A DNA stretch of 64,000 nucleotides, taken from sequence record CP054387.1. One strand, written 5' to 3'. The notes beneath the pieces were generated by a model. The model worked only from the letters and a program-made list of their open reading frames with translations. It did no database searches and was not told where the DNA came from. Shown piece after piece: positions 59,560 through 64,000 of this stretch (position 1 is its first letter; each line of letters begins with the position of its first letter). The stretch comes from Escherichia phage CMS-2020a. The translations under genes and the position numbers were made by a program.

Positions 59560-61465
59560 AGCTGCGCCCCTCTTTAACTTCCAGCGTAATAGTTTCCCGG
59601 AACCATGACTTCATCTCTTTATGGGAGATAATCAGCACAGTACCTCGCTCGCGAGCTTTGGACTCCAGAATACCCATGAGGCGTTCAAGACCGGCTGTAT
59701 CGAGTGCATCGTCAATTTCGTCGCCGATAAACAAATCGATGTTTTTACTCGCCCGGTTACTAACCAGATCCTGCAATGCCAAAGAACACGCAATGCGAAC
59801 CTTCCGCTTCTCACCACCAGAGAGGGTCTGGAACGACTTACTTGAACCTTTCTTCTGCACACTAATGTTGAATTTGTCGCGATACTCACCTTTTTTGGTG
59901 ACATCCATCGTCGACCACTCAGCAGTAATATTCCCGTCAGACAACGTATTGAGATACTCGGCAGTGCGTGTATTCAGGAAAGGCGTAACAGACGTCAAAA
60001 TATGAGAACGCACCCCGGCAGGAGAGTAGACCTGACGAGCTTTTTCCAATAGCAACGTTTGTTCCTGAATAGCCTTCAACTCATCTTTTAAGGACTTGAA
60101 GGTAGACTTACTGGATACCAGGTTATCTTCGTGTCTGGCGATAAGAGCAATAAACGGATTAATCTCTTTTGATATACGATCGACCTCAGTACGAGCACGA
60201 GTCACAAGAGACTCAATAGCAACAATCTCCTTCTCACGATGACGCAAAGATGAGAGTTGTTTCGTAAGCTCTTCAATCCGGGCAATGATAGCCGTTACAT
60301 CAGGTGTCGTTTTAACAAGGGCAGACTCAATGCTTAACGCTTTCTCAAGATTCGTTTTGTGTTTAGCCATTGCCTCTGCAAGTGTCTTCGCCTGACCAAT
60401 TTCCTGACGTGCTTGTTCAATGAAATTCTCCTTCACCGTTGATAGATCTTCTTCGCAGTAGGCTTTGCCACAAGTAGGGCATGGTGATCCCACTTTAGTA
60501 CCAACCTCTTCTGCTTTGGTCTTAAAATTACGCGCGCGGTTCATTGCATCAGCCTGACTATTTTCTGTAGCTTTGATGCTTGCCCGAATATCAGTTATCG
60601 CACCACGAACTTTGAGCAACTTGGCGTCATGTTCTTCTTTTGAGGCTAACTTTTTGCGCTCACTTTCGATTGCCTTCTCGGTATCACGGATCTGTTCGGG
60701 AAGAGTGCGGATCTCAAGTTCAACTTCCGTTAACTCAACTTCGGCACTTGCCAGCCCAGCCAGGGCATCGTCATAACGTTTAGAACGCTCTTGTTCCCAT
60801 GATTCAGAGGAGGCTTTCGCGGACTCAATTTCTGACTGTGTTGCCTCAATGGTCGAGATTGTCGACTCCAATTTGGTTTTAACCACATCCATACGTGCGG
60901 CAGCTGCATTAGCTCGCTCACGAGCAATAGCGTAGGCGCGTGTCAGTCTGTCAACGCCAGCGGCTTCTTCTACGATGGTTTTGAGGTTTTTGTCGGACAT
61001 TCCAGGTAAATCTGGCATAGCTTCTTGGCTCGCATAGATGGAAGCCATGAAAACCTCTTTAGATGCACCGATCAGACGCTCGACGAACTCTTGCGTCAGC
61101 GCATCTTTGCCTTTCGTCATATCGCCGTCTTCACCACGAACGATAAGCCGATTTTTGAACTCTTTGTGTTTACGGTGACGAATGATCGCATATCTCTTGC
61201 CTTCATCCTCGATGGTTACTGCAACACGACAGTTCTTTTCATGGTCGGTAGACAACACATCGTCACCCTTCACACCATGAGCTGTTTCGCCATAAAGACA
61301 CCACATCAGGCTATTCATTAGCGTTGACTTTCCAGAGCCATTACTTGATGCGGAACTATCATCACTATTAACACCCTGAATGAGCACTAAACCACGCTGA
61401 TCTAACTCGACCTCCGCGCTAGCGATAGCCATAAAATTCTCAACCTGGAGCTTTAAAAACTTCAT
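59549..61465 (-). CDS. SbcC/Rad50-like recombination ATPase
   Basis: Walker A NGSGKSTLMNSL, central coiled coil, signature LSGGEKRKVRIACSLAL, Walker B LFIGDEIDDALD. Confidence 0.8.
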   Translation of the reverse strand: MKFLKLQVENFMAIASAEVELDQRGLVLIQGVNSDDSSASSNGSGKSTLMNSLMWCLYGETAHGVKGDDVLSTDHEKNCRVAVTIEDEGKRYAIIRHRKHKEFKNRLIVRGEDGDMTKGKDALTQEFVERLIGASKEVFMASIYASQEAMPDLPGMSDKNLKTIVEEAAGVDRLTRAYAIARERANAAAARMDVVKTKLESTISTIEATQSEIESAKASSESWEQERSKRYDDALAGLASAEVELTEVELEIRTLPEQIRDTEKAIESERKKLASKEEHDAKLLKVRGAITDIRASIKATENSQADAMNRARNFKTKAEEVGTKVGSPCPTCGKAYCEEDLSTVKENFIEQARQEIGQAKTLAEAMAKHKTNLEKALSIESALVKTTPDVTAIIARIEELTKQLSSLRHREKEIVAIESLVTRARTEVDRISKEINPFIALIARHEDNLVSSKSTFKSLKDELKAIQEQTLLLEKARQVYSPAGVRSHILTSVTPFLNTRTAEYLNTLSDGNITAEWSTMDVTKKGEYRDKFNISVQKKGSSKSFQTLSGGEKRKVRIACSLALQDLVSNRASKNIDLFIGDEIDDALDTAGLERLMGILESKARERGTVLIISHKEMKSWFRETITLEVKEGRSYVV

Positions 61466-61694
61466 ATAACACCTTTGATACCGTGTGTTAGCTTTTGACC
61501 TTCTTTCAATCTGAACTCCGTATGCGCCGGGAAGGATCTGCGCCTCAATACGCCTTTTCTGGTTAACCTTCCAAGATAAAACGCTACGGGATTTCCTTGT
61601 GGCGGGTAGGGCTTGTGAAACATCACCGTCTGGCCTCGTTCAAGTCTTTTCATCGTGATGGCAAAGTCTCGAAAGCTCCCATAACGACTTTGTC

Positions 61695-62780
61695 TCACAC
61701 AGCCTCCGAACTCTCCGCTTCGGTGAGGATTTCCTGACACAAAATATCCAACTTGCTCAGATCAAATCCGCCGTCAGTATCGTGGACAATCTTGCAATAA
61801 GCAGATACCGACTCTCCCAGGCTATCGATTTTGCTGGTTTCAGTTGTGCTGGCTGTCCCTTCCATCATTGATGACTTACGGATGAAGTTGCACACGACAC
61901 CTTTTGCGCCCATTGTTTTGAGGATGTTCTGGTACTTAATGCCTTCTTCATCGTTCTCAATTACGGCGCGGAAACGCACGTAGTTGCCGCGAATTTGGTC
62001 ATCAGCAACATCATCTTCCAGGTTAATGAATTTAGGCGCACTGGTTTCGTAGTGACTGAAACTGCCGTCCGGGTTTACGATCATGTAACCAGCCAGAGAT
62101 CCAACATCTCCCCAATTTTGATGGGTCAGTGCACCGACACTGATAACTCCAGGAATGACCTCTTTGTGGTTGTGGTAATGCCCACTAAGCACGAGACGAA
62201 AGCCGATATCCTTTAACTCCTGCGCATCGATACCGACGTCAGGCATTGTTGGAATGGCTTTGTTAATGGATGTATGGATAACAACGTCATGATTATCACC
62301 TTCTACGCTCTTACGTAATGCTTTCAGATCGCTGATAAGCTCCGCATGATTGTTACGCCAGCTAATCAGGTGGACAGTCACATCACCAATTTTTATTGAG
62401 TGTGGGCGTTTGCCACATACGATTACCACGCCGATAGAACTCAGCGATGCTGCTGCGTTGGCGCTATATACTGAATCGTTGGTTTCAAGATCGTGATTAC
62501 CGGCCAGCATTACTACTGTCAGATCAAGCTCGTTGATAATCCACTTGTACGTTTCAGTTACGTAATGCAAAACAGAAGGGGACACAGTTCCTCGGACGTG
62601 AAATGTATCACCGGCAACCAACATGTACTTACAACCGGCCTTCTTCATGGCGATGGCTGCTTCTTTCGTTGCTTCCAACTGTATTTCAAGTCTGGAGTTA
62701 AGCCCCTCTGCGTTCGTCGTGGAGAACGCATCCCATTTGTGGTAGTGGCAGTCAGAAATGACGCCGTATGGCAAAGTCAT
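61695..62780 (-). CDS. SbcD/Mre11-like nuclease
   Basis: Calcineurin-like phosphoesterase motifs ISDCHYH, VAGDTFH, LAGNHD, GHYHNH. Confidence 0.8.
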   Translation of the reverse strand: MTLPYGVISDCHYHKWDAFSTTNAEGLNSRLEIQLEATKEAAIAMKKAGCKYMLVAGDTFHVRGTVSPSVLHYVTETYKWIINELDLTVVMLAGNHDLETNDSVYSANAAASLSSIGVVIVCGKRPHSIKIGDVTVHLISWRNNHAELISDLKALRKSVEGDNHDVVIHTSINKAIPTMPDVGIDAQELKDIGFRLVLSGHYHNHKEVIPGVISVGALTHQNWGDVGSLAGYMIVNPDGSFSHYETSAPKFINLEDDVADDQIRGNYVRFRAVIENDEEGIKYQNILKTMGAKGVVCNFIRKSSMMEGTASTTETSKIDSLGESVSAYCKIVHDTDGGFDLSKLDILCQEILTEAESSEAV

Positions 62781-63034
62781 GTGTTTTTCCTTTGTGGTTA
62801 TTTTGATACAAATTTTAAGAGCAATGAGAAGGTAAACAACTATGCATAACGGTATGTTAGGAATGAAACGAGCGTCTTAATATACAAAATTTATAAGTAA
62901 GTATATACCTATTTATTGTGGCGCAACTTTGCTTGTCTGTATGACTAAAAATAAGACAGGATCACTGTAGAACGCTATGAGAGCTATTTTGAGGAGGCGT
63001 AGATTCTATCTACGCCAATATACGATCTGGAGGG

Positions 63035-63679
63035 TTACAGCGCGTCAGTGGGCTTTTTACGCGCTGCGTTTATGCTTATGACGCCAGCTTTTGGACGTGG
63101 GTCAACAAGGTTAAGCTCTTCTTCGCTGTGGTATTCGAGGTCGAACTCACGTTTTACATGTCTGATGTAGATTGCGGTGAGCAGGCTATCTTTGGTCAGA
63201 AAGTGTCCGTAGGATTTGCGGATCACTTCTTCTACCTTCTCGATTTTCTCACCACCCATACAGAGATGATTAAACCGGCTGTGTTTCCGCAACATTTCGT
63301 CTACTGGGCCTGAGTAAACCTTGTCTACTTTCCCAAAACGGATGATTTTTCCTGTGTCTGCGGATACGAGGCAAATCAGCTTGTCTGGTGATAAACGATC
63401 TCGCCACGTCACACCTGAACGGAGTGTGTTGAAGTAGGGGGCATCCAATCCGATGATCGGTTTACGAAATGCGAGTAATGGAACGTACCTGATGCAACTG
63501 TTTAAATGAAAATTCACACCAGCCTTATCAAGTTTAATTCTGGTTTCGTAGATCGGGCACTTCGCCGCTATACCGCAGATGTCACAAAGCAACTTCTGCT
63601 TATTCAGGTTGGAATTTGATTCGATAGTGTAGGAGCCGTCTTCAAGACGACGAACCCAGCGCGTGCGTTTTAGATCCAT
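63035..63679 (-). CDS. hypothetical protein
   Basis: 214-aa ORF with CDICG...C cysteine pattern, adjacent to the origin-like region. Confidence 0.4.
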   Translation of the reverse strand: MDLKRTRWVRRLEDGSYTIESNSNLNKQKLLCDICGIAAKCPIYETRIKLDKAGVNFHLNSCIRYVPLLAFRKPIIGLDAPYFNTLRSGVTWRDRLSPDKLICLVSADTGKIIRFGKVDKVYSGPVDEMLRKHSRFNHLCMGGEKIEKVEEVIRKSYGHFLTKDSLLTAIYIRHVKREFDLEYHSEEELNLVDPRPKAGVISINAARKKPTDAL

Positions 63680-63757
63680 ATGTCATTTTTCTGTGATTGT
63701 TAGCCGAGGCAACGATAACCCACCAGGTGCGCCGAAGGTAGTAAATGCCTGTTTTAA

Positions 63758-63774
63758 TTATTCACATATCCACA
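63758..63774. promoter_or_regulatory. tandem DnaA boxes
   Basis: TTATTCACA (perfect TTATNCACA) overlapping ATATCCACA (8 of 9). Confidence 0.55.
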
Positions 63775-63778
63775 GGAT

Positions 63779-63832
63779 AGATCCTAATAAAGAGATCCAT
63801 AGATAGATCCTTATATAGATCAAATAAGATCC
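63779..63832. repeat. five GATC-containing heptamer repeats (AGATCC/AGATCA)
   Basis: AGATC[CA] at 63779, 63793, 63805, 63817, 63827 with 10-14 bp spacing. Confidence 0.6.
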
Positions 63833-63883
63833 CCGATCGCTGTAAGCCGCGCCACGACTGGTCTGAAGTCATGTTCATGTATG

Positions 63884-63979
63884 CTGTCAGCGGTAATTGA
63901 TAGTCTGTCAGCGGTTCACCGTATGCTGCCAACTGTTTTTGGTATTCTGTCAGCGGCAAATCAAGTATGCTGTCAGCGG
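63884..63979. repeat. iteron array (five direct repeats of CTGTCAGCGG, about 21-22 bp spacing)
   Basis: CTGTCAGCGG at 63884, 63905, 63948, 63970 and a degenerate copy near 63926; array runs to the window edge. Confidence 0.6.
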
Positions 63980-64000
63980 TTGAATGACAAAGGTGTCCAC

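Noticed and set aside
61462-61740. 92-aa Arg-rich ORF between the SbcC-like and SbcD-like genes
   Set aside because: Overlaps the SbcD-like 3' end, no RBS, composition atypical; kept only as part of the spacer observation.
63762-63959. 65-aa minus-strand ORF
   Set aside because: Overlaps the DnaA-box, GATC and iteron repeats of the origin-like region; repeats explain the open frame.
1-64000. Search for CRISPR arrays, tRNA/rRNA genes and IS elements
   Set aside because: No regularly spaced repeat-spacer array, no convincing tRNA cloverleaf with a T-loop consensus, and no transposase-like ORF with terminal inverted repeats seen by eye; tRNAscan-SE/ARAGORN should be run to confirm the absence of tRNAs.

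Overview
The window reads as a tailed-phage genome, most likely a siphovirus-type phage-plasmid, with almost every gene on the minus strand. From left to right it holds: (i) a lambda-type tail and head morphogenesis module (I-K-L-M, tape measure, G/T chaperones, major tail protein, connectors, putative capsid, scaffold, portal, large and small terminase; 1-16345); (ii) a translationally coupled four-gene operon directly upstream of the terminase genes (two ParB-like proteins, a stand-alone ABC-type ATPase, an unknown 296-aa protein; 16817-19732); (iii) a plus-strand block with an SF2 helicase followed by low-GC accessory genes (19797-25482); (iv) a long array of small minus-strand genes interrupted by a 1.5 kb G+T-skewed non-coding stretch; (v) an intact enterobacterial metG-apbC pair with its native divergent promoter region (31322-34613) sitting inside the phage gene array; (vi) a UmuD'-like gene behind a canonical LexA box, a ClpX-zinc-ribbon-like protein and two adenine methyltransferases; (vii) a DNA-metabolism block (RNase H, DnaQ-like exonuclease, dNMP-kinase-like, DHFR, ThyA-like, MazG-like, NrdB, NrdA, RuvC-like, SbcC/SbcD-like); and (viii) at the right edge a plasmid-type origin (tandem DnaA boxes, five GATC heptamers, five ~21-bp-spaced iterons). 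Two palindromic motif families recur in intergenic regions. All calls come from reading the sequence and the ORF track; no database search was run, and I found no tRNA, rRNA, CRISPR array or IS element by eye.
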